A stretch of 64,000 nucleotides of DNA from Octopus vulgaris. Its lineage: Eukaryota. The translations under genes and the position numbers were made by a program. The stretch lies in the NCBI GenBank assembly GCA_951406725.2, contig OX597823.1, positions 47,988,001 through 48,052,000 of the forward strand. The letters are read 5' to 3'. Within the stretch, counting starts at the first letter, position 1. Every line of letters begins with the position of its first letter. Shown piece by piece: positions 1 through 14,141 of this stretch. The notes beneath the pieces were generated by a model. That model was not told where the DNA came from. It searched no databases and saw only the letters and a list, made by a program, of their open reading frames with translations.

Positions 1-90
1 AAATCTTCATTGATAAGACAAATGAGCATAGAAACATTTTTGGACTAATTTGAAATTATATATACATACACATATATTTATACATATATA

Positions 91-486
91 TAGGCGTAGG
101 AGTGGCTGTGTGTTAAGTAGCTTGCTTACGAATCACATGGTTCTGGGTTCAGTCCCACTGTGTGGCACCTTGGGCAAGTGTCTTCTGCTATAGCCTCAGG
201 CCGACCAAAGCTTTGTTAGTGGATTTGGTAGACGGAAACTGAAAGAAGCCCATCATATATATGTATATATATATGTGTATGTTTGTGTGTTGCTTTTGCC
301 CCCCTCCCCCAACATCGCTTGACAACCGATGCTGGTGTGTTTACATCCCCGTAACTTAGCAGTTCAGCAAAAGAGACTGATAGAATAAGTACTAGGCTTA
401 CAAAGACTAAGTCCTGGGGTCGATTTGCTCGACTAAAGGCGGTGCTCCAGCATGGCCACAGTCAAATGACTGAAATAAGTAAATGA
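91..486 (+). mobile_element. tRNA-derived SINE family A, full-length copy (tRNA-like head, central TA/TG microsatellite, conserved tail)
   Basis: Head TGGCTGTGTGTTAAG...GGGTTCAGTCCC (A/B-box-like), CCTTGGGCAAGTGTCTTC body, tail GGTGCTCCAGCATGGCCACAGTCAAATGACTGAAA; recurs about 20 times in the window. Confidence 0.85.
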
Positions 487-725
487 AAATATATAAACTT
501 ACTTATATATGTGCATATATATTTGTATATATATTATTAATATACATATACATATATAAACTTACTTATATATGTGTATGCATATTTATACATCTATATA
601 TATAAACTTACTTATATATGTGTATATATATATTCCTTTTTATTATTTTATTCTTTTAATCTTTTACTTGTTTTAGTTATTTACCTGCAGCCAGTTATCA
701 TAATCATTATTACACCTGCATTTAA

Positions 726-1152
726 GGTGACAAGCTGGCAGAATTGCTAGCACACCAGCCAAAATGCTTAGCAACATTTTGTCAATCTTTACATCCAGAG
801 TTCAAATTCCACTGAGGTCAACTTTACCTTTCTTCCTTTCAAGATTGATAAAAAAAAGTACATGCTGAGCACTGGCGGCTATTTAATTGACTTATTACCT
901 TCCTGAAAATCAATAATAATATTGGTTTTAAAATTGACACAGTGTCAGCAATTCTGGGAGAGGAGATAAGTTGATTATATTGACCCCAGTGCACAAATGG
1001 TACTTATTTAATAGATCCTAAAAGGATAAAGGCAAAATTTTATCATCCCCGAAAGGATGAAGGGCAGAATTTGAACTCAGAACATGAAGCTGGACGAAAT
1101 GTTGCTAAGCATTTTGCCCAGCATGATTACAATTCAGCCATCTTGCCACCTT
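726..1152. mobile_element. Two copies of SINE family C in inverted orientation (726-905 +, about 925-1152 -)
   Basis: GCTGGCAGAATTGCTAGCA...GAGTTCAAATTCC on +; reverse complement GAATTTGAACTCAG...AAGCATTTTGCC follows; same family at about 6500-6610, 8570-8730, 32895-33105. Confidence 0.7.
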
Positions 1153-1415
1153 CCATCATACTAAAATTAATTGACCAATTATGAACACCCAATCAGAACA
1201 ACCAATATATATAAAAAACATTCAACCCAATATATATGTAAGATCGAGAAATGGACCTTTTTAAAAGCAAAAACCAACACACATTTTGTGAAATCTCTTC
1301 CTAAGGGTTATTGTCTTTCTACTTTCTAAAAAGGTTCTTTTCTCGATCTTAACTCCTTGAGAAAAAATCTTCTCTCCAAATATTATAACTGTATCAAGGA
1401 ATTTCCAAAGCACTC

Positions 1416-1464
<49 letters not shown>

Positions 1465-1899
1465 TTTATTTAAAGCAGCAGAAAATTCAACATATATGCA
1501 TGTGTGTATATTATATAAATACATATGTAAATATATACATGACCTTGATGGTCCACTGGCACTAATCAGTCAATGCTGTTGACTGTATCTTAGTTAAAGC
1601 TATAGCTTTATTAGGTCTGTCCAGACTTGCCTCTCTTCAATAATTTCCATTGATAATGGCTAAGAAGCTAAAAACATCAATGTCTGGAAATCCAGCAGGT
1701 GGCAGCACTGGACAGATATGATGTTTTTAAACCTATTTTTTTTACCATAAGAGAGAAACTTTTCTCCGCGGTCACTGCAGTGAATTTGCCTTTAGCACTT
1801 GAAATATGTCACAAAGATATTTTAACTAATCTAAAGTTTGCTTATGCCTACACACTACTAGCCTCTGATATTACTGTAATATATATATATATACACGTA

Positions 1900-2076
1900 C
1901 AAGGGGGCACTGAAAAGTTTCTGGCGTTAAGGATATCATGAAAGGCATGATTAGAGAACCAACTGTTTGAGTTCTTTTACAAGGCTTAGAAAAACTGAAG
2001 GACCATTAAAAAAAGTGTACGAATCTGAAACTGACCCTCCTGTATTTTCTTTTACGCAAAGCCAGGAACTTTTTCC

Positions 2077-2087
<11 letters not shown>
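1900..2087. mobile_element. Mariner-type MITE
   Basis: TA-flanked, imperfect TIRs CAAGGGGGCACTGAAAAGTTTCTGGC / GCCAGGAACTTTTTCCGTGCCACCTTG; sister copy at 2572-2769. Confidence 0.75.
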
Positions 2088-2561
<474 letters not shown>

Positions 2562-2571
2562 AACACACTCA

Positions 2572-2769
2572 CAAGGGTGTACTGAAAAGTTCCTGGTATC
2601 ATGAAAGGCCTGGTTGAAGGCCTAAACTTCTGAGTTCTTTTATAAAGCTTAGAAAAACTGAAGGCCCACTGCAATAACTGAGAGGGGATTATGCTAAATA
2701 AAATCATAATTAACTAATCCTCCTGTATTTTCTTTTACTCAGAACTAGAAGCATTTCAGCACACACTTG
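2572..2769. mobile_element. Mariner-type MITE, second copy
   Basis: CAAGGGTGTACTGAAAAGTTCCTGG ... CATTTCAGCACACACTTG; internal sequence shared with 1900-2087. Confidence 0.7.
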
Positions 2770-3274
2770 TATACATACGATAGGCTTCTTTCAGTTTCCA
2801 GCTACTAAATCTGCTCAAAAGGATTTAGTTTTCCTGAAACTGTAGTAGAAGACACTTGTCTAAAGTGCTACACAGTGGGACTGAACCCAAAACCATGTGA
2901 CTGGAAATCAAACTACTTACCAAACAGCCACACCTGCAGCTATATATTATATATCTTTCAATATTTTGCATTATATATCTGAGACAAAAAACAAAATGCG
3001 ATATTTTTCACCAAACTTTTTCCTGTGAGAAGAATTTACTGTATATGAACTGATTGCATCTACTAACATCTTCATGAAGTTGGATTCCTTTCAAGTCAAT
3101 ATATTTTTTAAATGAGGAATTTTGTAAAATGAATTATCTTGTTATATATATATATATATATATACACTTACCGATTACTTGGTGCTGATTCTTTTTACAG
3201 ATGAAGTCAAATTAGATACAGGATAAGTTCATTTTTTGTCAAAAAGGATATATACATACTTGCATACATATAGA

Positions 3275-3312
<38 letters not shown>

Positions 3313-3377
3313 GTATGTATATATATGTATAAAGAAGTATACACACACACATATACACATGCATATATATATATATA

Positions 3378-4180
3378 CGCACAGAGTGTGGTGAATAAAT
3401 TGTCATCTAAATTATGCAAAAATGATAATAAAACTGACATTTCATTTTAACAAATATATTTACCAAAATTACATAAAAATATCTTGTGATACTAAAGAGT
3501 AAATTTATTCAATAAAATTGTTGTTGGGTTCAACCACAGCCTCCAGACAACTTCAGAATCTCCTGCAACTCTTCTGGATGATCTCCTTGTTTAAGTTGAT
3601 TAATGCTGCCATAATCCTTGCCTTCAGATCATCTTCAGTTTTGTTGGTCTCTCACTCAACAGTGCCACACACATACTAATCAAGGGGGTTACAGTCTGGG
3701 GAGTTAGGTGACCAGATGTTAGGGGTGATGTGCTCACAGAAATTGTCTGACAGCCACGATTAGGTCCTTCTGCTTGTGTGGCATGGTGCAGAGTCCTGTT
3801 GCCAGACATAGGGTTTTCCAGCAGCCACCCTCTTTACCCAAAGCAGCACTACCTCTTCCAAGCACTTGATGTAGACCTCTGTATTGTGTCTGAAGCTGTA
3901 TGTGAAGCTGAATGGAAGCATAATGTCACCATTGCTAGTGATCCCTCCAAACAACATGATGTTGACTGGATGTTTGGTTTTTATCTCTGTCAGAACCTGC
4001 TTTGGAGTCATGGCAAGCCAACTGTTGTTCTGTTTATTCACCATCTGATCCTGGCAGAAATTTTTCTTGTTTGAGAGAAATCAAAACACGTTCAGTTGGA
4101 GGGGGTGCCTGAGTTTGTTCAGCAGCTTCATAGCACAATCTTTCCTCTTATTCTTGATGGCTTGAGATAAAAATTGGCCC
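3378..4180 (-). mobile_element. Degenerate Tc1/mariner DD37D (maT-like) transposase fragment
   Basis: Minus strand reads YVWQQDSAPCHTSRRT*SWLSDNFCEHITPNIWSPNSPDCNPLD*YVCG: 37 residues between the 2nd and 3rd catalytic D; in-frame stops. Confidence 0.85.
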
Positions 4181-4288
4181 TGCAACAGTACACACTTTGA
4201 TAAAAATACATAGGTATACATCCAGTAGTATATTGGATATTTAGTATCCCTTAGATGGTTGTTTAACCTCTAACTCATATAGATGTTA

Positions 4289-4328
<40 letters not shown>

Positions 4329-4330
<2 letters not shown>

Positions 4331-4567
4331 AAAGGGTAATATAGAAAAAAGTCAAGGTAGAAAATGCTAAAATAATTTTATAAAAAACATTTCAGTACTG
4401 GTTTCAGTCATTGAGACTTTTTCAACTGTAAGTATGGAAAACAATTAAATTTTGGAAAAATTAAATGAAAAGTTTTTTAAAAGAATATTTGCATTGTATT
4501 CAAATACAAGAGGCATTTTCCTTGTTTCTGCCTGTCTCTGTCTCTCTTGTGTACTCTTGTGGGTTCG
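4329..4567 (-). mobile_element. Short non-coding element in (TA)n carrying a minimal hammerhead ribozyme (4393-4428)
   Basis: Minus strand: cag-TTGAAAA-AGTC-tcaat-GACT-GAAAC-ca-GTA-ctg; homologous to 15659-15899. Confidence 0.7.
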
Positions 4568-6624
4568 ATATATATATATATATATGTATGTGTGCATGTA
4601 TGTATTTATGTATACTTAAATATACATAATGCAAGAACTGGTGGATAATGCCAGCTTCCACATATGCCACCTTCAAAGCCATAAGAACGGACACTACTGC
4701 AACAATCTGAAAGAAATAAACTTAAAAGGGAATTCTACTGAAACATGAAAAAAAAACAAACGAATTATTGGATGAGCTCCTAACCAAATTACTGGACCAG
4801 CCAACTACACAAGGTTACACTCAAGGAAGAACAGCTGCTAATAACTCAATTATGATCCAAAAACCAACCATAAAGCTTCAACAAAACTGAAAAATAAGGT
4901 AATGAATATACATATAAGTAGTTTATTATAAATATTATATTATATTCAATATTGTATTAATGGTTTACCAGCTGATCTATTGATATAAAATTTCATCAAT
5001 AGATCAGCTGATGATGTTTCAACATTCTACCATTGCTAAAGCATTGTTCTAGCTGTAACCTTCTCTGCTCCCATTCTTACTAAGTTTACATATTTATTCT
5101 TGGATTAAGAAATTTTGCCCAAGTTATTCAAGAATTGGATTGTTCCCCAGAATCCTGTTCTGCAGGCAATTGTCTAGTTTGTATAATGTATAACACAGGT
5201 CCAGCTTTCACTGCTTTGTTGACTTTGCTGTTTTTGGTGCTATTGTGTGCCTTGTTTTGTTGCTATTGCAGTCTTGTTATTATTATTATTTCCTCTTTTT
5301 CTGTTGTTATCTTGTTGCTAATGTTGTTGTTGTTGCTATTGTTTTTTTTTTGTTATTCTTTTGTTGCTATTAATGCTGTTTTATTGCCTTCTCTGTTTTG
5401 TTACCATCATGTTTCTTCTTGTTTTGTTGCTATTTTATTGCCATACCGTTCCCCCAACTTTTTTTGCTTTTTTTGACATTTATGCATTGTTACCATTATC
5501 TCTTTGTTGCTATTTCAATCTTTTGCTTTTGCTCTCTTGTTGCTATTTCTCCTTTGCCATTAATACCATCTTTTTGTTTTTATGCTCCTTTACTGTTATT
5601 GTTGCTTTGTTGCTTTTGCTGTCTAGTTGCATATTTCTTTTTTTTTTCACACTTTAGTTTTATTGCTTTCTTGTCACCACTTAAGAAGGACATATAAACA
5701 CTTAGCAATTCTCAAAGAACAGAAATAACAGCAAAGATGATTATAGGAAAAAACATCTGGTTCAATCTTTAATTCTTGGTTGCTAAAAATCTGTCTCATG
5801 AAGGTCCAGCTTGCTGTAGCAGTAGGTGTTAAGAGATAGACTTAATCCTTGATCATCTAAGCTGTCACTAAGAACTGATGCTACTAAGAACTAAGACAGT
5901 CGTAAATGTAATTAATTTATCCATATAGTTATTCCATAGTTACAGCTCTAGTGTAGCAGATAATTCTTTGTCAATTTTGTAAAGGCAGCCTAAGGACAAT
6001 ATCAACAGCATCAATAAGAAAACCACTTTCGCCAACTACTTTTTATTATACTGTACCTAACCTGATGTGTTAACATAATTACTTTGCTTCTTACATTCCC
6101 ATTCTCCATAAACCATCATGTGTGATGCCCTTTAAGAGCCTGCACCTGCTTCCTGCTTTTCATTGTGGTTCATAAACTAGTAAAGAATTCAAGACTCCCA
6201 ACTGATTTGATTCAAGTTCCCAGCTTGACTAAATCCTTTGTAGAAAGGGTGGTGTGTGTGACATATCTATTGTTGCTACATAGAACAATTTGTGGAAAAG
6301 TTTATTAACTAAGGTGTATGGCAGTAAGATTATGCATTCTGCTAAAATTTAAATGTTCCCATTATCTAGCAGGTGTACAATTTGGAAATTAATGCCATAT
6401 TTCCTTTAATTTGGCCAAATATTACATCAATCAATGAGAGCAGAATACTTTCTTGCTGCATTCCTAGTATGTTGTAGACATAACAGTTATTACAGTGTTT
6501 AACAGAATACCTTCTGGTATATATTCCAGATTTCTACACTCCGAGTTCAAATACTAATAAAGTCAATTTTGTTTTTCATTCTTTTCAGTTGATAAAGCAA
6601 CAGAGTGATAAAATATCTGCTTAA

Positions 6625-6845
6625 CCCTTTCGTTACCAACCTGGCTGAAACCGGCTCTGGCTCTGTAGTACAAATGTCTTGTTTTCATAAGTTTTGAATT
6701 CAAATCTTCCACCAAACCTTAGTCACAATTTATGTTCCTAACACTAGATTAATGATAACTAAGTTATTTTATTAAATTCTTTGTTATATTTAAAATAATT
6801 GGAAGAAACACAGAGCATCTCAAAATAAATACGGTAACGAAAGGG
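6625..6845. mobile_element. piggyBac-type MITE
   Basis: TTAA on both sides; perfect 13-bp TIR CCCTTTCGTTACC / GGTAACGAAAGGG. Confidence 0.9.
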
Positions 6846-6910
6846 TTAAGTTCTGCACATTCTCAGTTCAAATCTTGCTTCCTATCCCTAAAGGAAAAAA
6901 AATATATTCC

Positions 6911-7041
6911 ATGTTCTGTTGTGTCTGGGGAGAGTCATTTTCTTTTTGTGCCTTATAATGTAACACACTCACCGGTAAAATTGTGTTGTTACATTATAAG
7001 GCACAAAAAGAAAATGATTCTCCCCAGACACAACAGAATAT
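6911..7041. repeat. Near-perfect inverted repeat (about 55-bp arms, about 15-nt loop)
   Basis: TTCTGTTGTGTCTGGGGAGAGTCATTTTCTTTTTGTGCCTTATAATGTAACA mirrored by TGTTACATTATAAGGCACAAAAAGAAAATGATTCTCCCCAGACACAACAGAA. Confidence 0.9.
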
Positions 7042-7854
7042 GCTTCAACACGAACTCATATAAAGAATCTTGCAAACCAAATCCAAAAACGAAATATTCC
7101 ATGTTAATCTGCTGAAAATGGTGATAATCTTGGGAAGTCCTTAAGCAAGTATTGAAATACACCAGACGATCCCTCTGCATACCAGAAGGTAGATGATGAT
7201 GATGATGATGATGATGATGGGGAGGAGGAGGTGAGGTGAATGAAGAGGAGGGGAATGGGGAGGAGAAGAGGAGGAGGAGGAGGAGGGGAAGGAGGAGAGG
7301 AGAGGAGGACAGTGGCGGTGAGGATGATGGTGACAATGAGGAGGATGATGATGCTGATGACAATGGTGATGGTGGTGTTTTTGTGTGTTTGTCCTCACCA
7401 CCACCCCAGTTTTAGTTTGTTTACATCTCTGTAATTTAAACAATTCATTAAAAAAGACCAATAGGATGAGCACCAGACATAAAAAAAAAAGTACTGGAGT
7501 CAATTTATTTCACTAAACCCTTCAAGATGGTGTCCCAGCAGGGCCAGTCTAATGACAGAAACATGAAAAAGGCAAAAGATAGAATATAAGGTATAGCAAG
7601 AATGAATACTTTTAATCCTTACAGAAATCATGAGAAAACTATATCTAGGTTTACTTCTGTAAATGGACAGTTCCCTAACTGTTCCTGTCAGAAGAAATCA
7701 CCGGTGTACTCCTTTCTGGATTGTTAATTCGTGACTGGAAGCAGTGGATGGGTAGGAAGTTGCCATAATCTTGCATTAAAGTGTTTTGTTGAGGAATATG
7801 TTTTTATGTTGTTCTCAGAGTGCACAGAAACCTAAAAATATAAATCAGAAAATT

Positions 7855-8281
7855 AGGCATAGGAGTAGCTGTGTGGTAAGTAGCTTGCTTACCAACCACA
7901 TGGTTCTGGGTTCAGTCCCACTGCATGACACCTTGGGCAAGTGTCTTCTGCTATAGTCTCGGGCTGACCAAAGCCTTGTGAGTGGATTTGGTAAACGGAA
8001 ACTGAAAGAAGCCCATCGTATATATGTATATATATATGTATATATATGTATGTGAGTGTATATGTTTGTGTGTCTGTGTTTATCCTCCCAACATCACTTG
8101 ACAACCGATGCTGGTGTGTTTACATCCCCGTAACTTAGCAGTTTGGCAAAAGAGACTGGTAGAATAAGTACTAGGCTTACAATGAATAAGTCCTGGGGTC
8201 GATTTGCTTGACTAAATGTGTTGCTCCAGCATGGCCATAGTCAAATGACTGAAACAAATAAAAGAGTAAAAGAGTAAAAGA
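7855..8281 (+). mobile_element. SINE family A, full-length
   Basis: Same head/body/tail as 91-486, ends in (GTAAAAGA)n. Confidence 0.85.
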
Positions 8282-8784
8282 ATATACCCATGTGTCTATT
8301 TTTCTCTTTTTATTCATGCTTTGACTCTTTTCTATACAAGCATATATAAACATATACAAATCCTCCCCTCATACATATGTCTACACAATCAAAGACAACA
8401 ACAATAGCAGTAACATTGGTAGCAATGGATGACAACCAAACCAATGTATGGAGGTCTCCAAGACTCAACAGCTTCTGCTTCAGCTGTACCCAAAAGCGCT
8501 TTTGTTTTGGTGAAATATCCTTTCTACTAAAAGCAGAAAGACTGAAATTTTGACAGAAGGGTGTATTCAACTATTCATCAACATCAGTGCTCAACTAGTA
8601 TCTGTTTCATCAACCTTGAAAGAATGGAAAGCAAAGTTGACCTCAGTGGAATTTGAATCAGAACATAAAGATAGACTATGTGCCACTAAGCATTTTGCCT
8701 GACATGCTAATGATTCTGACAACTCACTGCCTTGATTTGGTGAAATATCAAAACGAATATATGAACATGTGTGTGTGTGTGTGT

Positions 8785-8850
<66 letters not shown>

Positions 8851-10994
8851 TGCCCTGTGTATGTGTGTTATATAAGTATCATTATCATCATCACCATCAA
8901 ATTTTGCCATCCATGTTCCATATGGTAGCATGGGTTGGAGAATTTGATAGCATCAAGCTTCAGAGTCTGCTTTGTTATGGTTTCTATGGCCAGATGTCCT
9001 TTCTAAAACCAACCACTTTACAGAGTGTACTGGGTACTTTTTACATGGCACCAGCACCAGTGAGGTCACTATGCAGCTTGCAAGATTACAACCCCCCCCC
9101 CCCCCACAAGGTCTTTATGCCTAGAGACGAAGAGTAAAAGTATGAAAGAAGGGATCAGAGTAGAACGGGGTTTCTTGTGGTTTTCGAGCCACAAGACTCC
9201 ACACATTTTAGAAGAGAGGATGAAAGTGATCGGGTGAAACAGAAAACAAATAAATATAGTGGTGATGAAGTATCAGGGTGGACTCTCGTTATTTAGATAC
9301 CAGGGAATGTTGAAGTGGGTAGAACCAATATATATGGGATTTTTCTTTACAACAGATAATAAAGGAGAAAGAAAATAAAAGTAAAAACAAAAAAAAAAGA
9401 TCTATGAAAATGTTTAAGTATATTGTTAATTCGTGATTGGTAGCAGTGGATGGGTAGGAAACTGCCATATTCTTGTATTAAAGTGTTTGGTTGAGTAATA
9501 TGTTTTTATGTTTGTTCTTAGAGTGTAAAAGAATATAAAAATATAAATAAAAAAATTTTTAAATATGCACACCCATATGTCTTTTTTTTCTTTTTATATT
9601 AATGCTTTGACTCTTTTCTATACAAACAGGTATAAACATAGACACACAAACCCTCCCTCATACATACATCTACACATATACATTACTTTACATGGAAGCA
9701 CATTCAATGAATAACAAAAACCCATTCAAATATGAGACTGACAGAAGGAGGCATATTACAAAAACATAGAAGAATGATATAAGTTACATTAAGGCAAAAA
9801 GGCAATAAAATGAGTTGGATGGGTGATGGATAAAGAATAAATGGTAATAGCAGATGAATGTTAAAAGGCAATAGAGATGATAGAAAAATGTTACTTTATC
9901 TGATGAAAAAATATAATAAAAATATGTGATAAAAAGTCATAAATTTTAAAAAAAGCACACTTTCAAAAATATATGAAAATACATATATATAAAAAATATA
10001 TGCATATAGAATTTAAAAAACGGGGCAAAGTAAATCAAAATTGATTTTAAAAATAGATTGGAAAGGAAATAGATTGAAAAAGGTGAAAGTATAATAAAAT
10101 AAAATGGATTTAAAATTCATCAAAAATGACCCCAAGGCAAAGCAAGGATTGGTATAGATAGAGAATTGATTTGGTTGCTAAAACAACCTCCTTGAATAAC
10201 AGGGGTTTGCTTGGATGGATGAGGCGTTTAGCTACCAGAAGTGAGAAAAGTTCTTCGAAAAGAAGGTTACAGAATTGAACAAAAACGATTGTAAAGTTAT
10301 ATAGTGTTGCCTTTTTTTGGATTTTAGTAGAATGCAAAGACTATATTTAACTTCAGGAAATCTAAAGCAGGATAAAAAGTTTTTTGATGTGAGCTTGCAA
10401 GAATTTATTAATTCTGATCAGATATTTCAGTTCTTGGACATTTGTAACAAGATGTGTATTTTCTCTGATAGGCTTAGCTGGTAACACAGCTTAGATGTGA
10501 AGAAATGAAGGTCCTTAACAATATGGCGGTATACAGCCTAGAATAGACTAATTAATTTCAGACATGTAGTCGTTCATCTCCCTAATCAGATAGATATACT
10601 TTAACAAAGCAGCTGCACTGGATCTCTGGCTATTAATGTAGGAAGCATACTGGTAGATTCTTGATTTGAATTTGTTTTCCATTTATTTATTTTGTGTGTA
10701 AATCCAATAAGATTTTGATGAGATATCTTTCAAGTAAACTTTAGTGAAGTAACCATAATTTCCACCAAACATTTAACATTAAGTGAGCAGGTGCAAGGGT
10801 TATTAACGTAAGTACAGAGATGCAATATCCAAATTTTGGTTGTTATTGCCAGTAATTCTTTTTTTGTGTTGTGCTTTTTAATAAGAAAGTTACCTCAACA
10901 AGATTTATAAAAAATTTATGATACTGGTTGTGCACCAGGAAATGGTGAGAAATTTTCTTGAACACACTGGCTCTGTTGAACCTGACAGATTTGC

Positions 10995-11032
<38 letters not shown>

Positions 11033-11551
11033 TGGTTGTGAGCCCATGTTCTAGCAGAGTTGTAAGTACATATTATACAACTTATGTGTGTGTATATTGA
11101 TGTGTGTGAATTGTGCATGTGTAAAAGGGGTAATATGAAAAAACAAACCGCACATACCAGGACTGTTTCCCTTATGCTACCAGCTTACATAAACTGCTTC
11201 ATTCTGAATGAACAAAGAATGACTACATCAATGAATGGACAAATGCGGTTGTGAAACACAGCCTGTTTTACCATTAAATTGAGTCAGCCTAGTCACCTGT
11301 ATGCATTTAAAAAAATATATTTTACACTTCATTTTGTTTGAGTAATCTAATTGTCATTCATTCTAATACTACACACACACACACACACACACACACATTA
11401 TAAATGGAAGGTTCTTATTTCCAGTACTCAGAGCTGCTCGTTTCTGATCATCAGCTAGTAAACCCAATCTGGTTTTCTTTTGAATATCCACTGCCTGAAT
11501 GTTGTTCGAAATATGAAATGAATGTTTGAAGACAATATTTATCCTTATATC

Positions 11552-11738
11552 CGATGGCATGTAAAAGCACCCACTACACTCTTGGAGTGGTTGGTGTTAG
11601 GAAGGGCTTCCAGCAGTAGAAACTCTGCCAGATCAGATTGGAGCCTGGCACAGCCATCTGGTTCGACAGTCCTCAGTCAAATCATCCAACCCATGCTAGC
11701 ATGGAAAGCGGACGTTTAATGATGATGATGATGATGAT
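11552..11738 (+). mobile_element. SINE family D fragment (V-domain-like core, (GAT)n tail)
   Basis: GGTTGGTGTTAGGAAGGGCTTCCAGCAGTAGAAAC...CCAACCCATGCTAGCATGGAAAGCGGACG + (GAT)n; other copies at about 8885-9060(-), 18383-18680(-), 27460-27690(-), 37225-37460(+), 38085-38200(-), 59275-59525(-). Confidence 0.7.
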
Positions 11739-11929
11739 TCTTTTGTTTAAAGACTTTGTGAACGACACTTCCAGAAGCTGCTGCTTCAAGCTCATGCTTT
11801 TGATTTCATTTCTGGTTCTCATAGTAGTACTATTATAAATGTTATAAACTCCATACAATCAAAGTCATGGAACTGTGTTGCTGTTTAAGTAATGTACCAA
11901 AAATAATACTTTTAAGTAATACCTTTAAT

Positions 11930-12790
11930 TAATGTTTTAAAAACAATGAGCATAGGTAGAAATGCCTAGCCCTGATAGATAATCATTTTCCAGATAACCA
12001 TAAATTTAAGAAACTTTTTAATAGATGTAAAAGTTTCTTGCAACTGTTGCCCCAACATGAAAAGTATTATTACAAGTAAGCTGCAACAAGTTGTAGATTG
12101 TAAATATAGGGAACCATACACTTTCCCAGGCATGTATAGTTAGCATTATGGTTTATGAAACTGAGGTCATCTCAGTTCTACAAAAAAATGAAACTCAAAA
12201 TGAATTTTATATTGGTCTATGAGAAAAGAGCTTTCAAAAAGCAACATGTAAACAACACTAAATTAACTAGCCATATCTGGTCCTAAAGGCCAACAGTACC
12301 TCACTGAGCCTGAAATGGAGCATCATAGAACAATCCATGACATATGTTAAAGGATCAAGGGGACACAGGCTTTGTAAAGTTAGAAGAACTCATATTCTTT
12401 TTAAATATAAAATATCTACCAACCTACTGAATTCTAGATCTGAAATTTTCACTAGATGCAACCATCTGCAAAAGTTTCTATTATCAAACTGGAGAACACC
12501 GCAAACATCATCTCACAAACTTTAACGTTTCCCTGTTGAATTAAGGACACCAACCATTGTTAATTCCCATTTTAATGAACCACAAGGAGACAACTCTTTT
12601 CTTCCTTCCCTTCATGCTTTTATTTGTTTACTTTTTTCCATTTAACTTTTTCTCTCATTCTTTCTTGTCTTTTCACTCTTTTCTCACCGACAGTTATGTT
12701 GTATTCTAAACCTGAACGATTGCCCATTAGTATACAGCACACTATACAAGCTTATCCAACTATTGTACAATCAATACATGAAACTTATAG
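11930..12790 (+). mobile_element. Degenerate Penelope-like element 3' part (GIY-YIG region plus possible decayed HHR near 12707-12797)
   Basis: Broken frames give HFPDNHKFKKLFNR, CPNMKSII, VYETEV...FYIGL, LTSHIW, LCK...LLNSRSEIFTRCNHLQKFLL, typical of PLE C-termini; followed by CTGAACGA...GAAACTTATAGTA. Confidence 0.7.
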
Positions 12791-12881
12791 TAGCTTGCAT
12801 TTAGGCCCTGCCTATATCGAATTATATTTATCCCATGCTGAATGGAATACATTTTTTTGATCCCATCAACAGCACACACAC

Positions 12882-12958
<77 letters not shown>

Positions 12959-12960
<2 letters not shown>

Positions 12961-13384
12961 TCTTTTTACTCTTTTACTTGTTTCAGTCATTTGACTGCGG
13001 CCGTGCTGGGGCACCGCCTTTAGTCAAGCAAATCGACCCCAGGACTTATTCTTTGTAAGCCTAGTACTTATTCTACCCGTCTCTTTTGTCGAACCACTAA
13101 GTTACAGGGATGTAAACACACCAGCATCGATTGTCAAGTGATGTTGGGGGGACAAACACAGATACACAAACATATACACACACACATACATACACACACG
13201 CATATATATATACATATATCCAACGGGTTTCTTTCAGTTTCTGTCTACCAAATCCACTCACAAGGCTTTGGTCAGCACAAGGCTTTGGTCGGCTACAGTA
13301 GAAGAGTGCCACGCAGTGGGACTGAACCTGGAACCATGTGGTTCATAAGCAAGCTACTTACCACACAGCCACTCCTACGCCTAT
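12959..13384 (-). mobile_element. SINE family A, full-length, reverse
   Basis: Reverse complement of the family A consensus; internal 17-bp duplication CACAAGGCTTTGGTC. Confidence 0.85.
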
Positions 13385-13391
13385 ATTAACG

Positions 13392-13435
<44 letters not shown>

Positions 13436-13679
13436 TATATATATGCATAAATATATACATATATATATATACATATATATACACACACATATATATATGT
13501 ATGTATATTTATACACACATACACACACACACACACACACATATTTATGGGTGACTTTATCATTGAAGTTTCAACGATAGTGATTCATCAAACATTTATA
13601 CATGTATGCAAAAATGTTTGGTAGCAATTACTTCTAATGGCAAAATATAAAATTTTGCTTTAAAGTAAACAGCAGATTG

Positions 13680-14100
13680 TGTAACACTTGCAAACACATT
13701 GCACCATATTGACATTAGGCTATTGAATGCAGCAAATGTGTGAAGGTTAAAAAAGAAAGCAAGAAAGGTGGGGAAAAAAACGAAACAAGCACATGTTAGT
13801 CTGTATGAATGACAGAGCAGAATCGAGCTGAGAAAATGGTTCACCTCAAGAAGAAACAGATGAATGAAACGTGCAAGAGAAACGACTGCACTGATGCAGA
13901 TATAGGATGCGTATGAAGAATGACAGTCGGGTAAAGAGTAAAAAGAAAAAAAATCCAAATGGAATGAAGCTGTGAAAGAGGATGACAAGGAAAGACATAG
14001 ATAAAAGGTAGAGAAAGCTTACTTCAGGAGATCAAACCTCACAAAGGAGACATCAGAGAAGCATGAAATGTGATGAGGTATTATATTGAAGAAGACCCAT
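13680..14100 (+). mobile_element. RTE-type LINE 3' remnant
   Basis: Decayed VQEKRLH...MRMKNDSRVK...ERG*QGKT motif of RTE ORF ends; related remnants at about 19900-20320(-) and 51290-51500(+). Confidence 0.5.
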
Positions 14101-14141
14101 GCAAATCATGAAAGGGTGGAAAAGTGAACATTACTCAAGAG

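Noticed and set aside
7655-7684. 30-nt minus-strand micro-exon (EQLGNCPFTE)
   Set aside because: Weak GTAAAC donor and no partner exons found.
11432-11460. CTGATGATCAGAAAC on the minus strand as a hammerhead
   Set aside because: No stem II and no NUH site.
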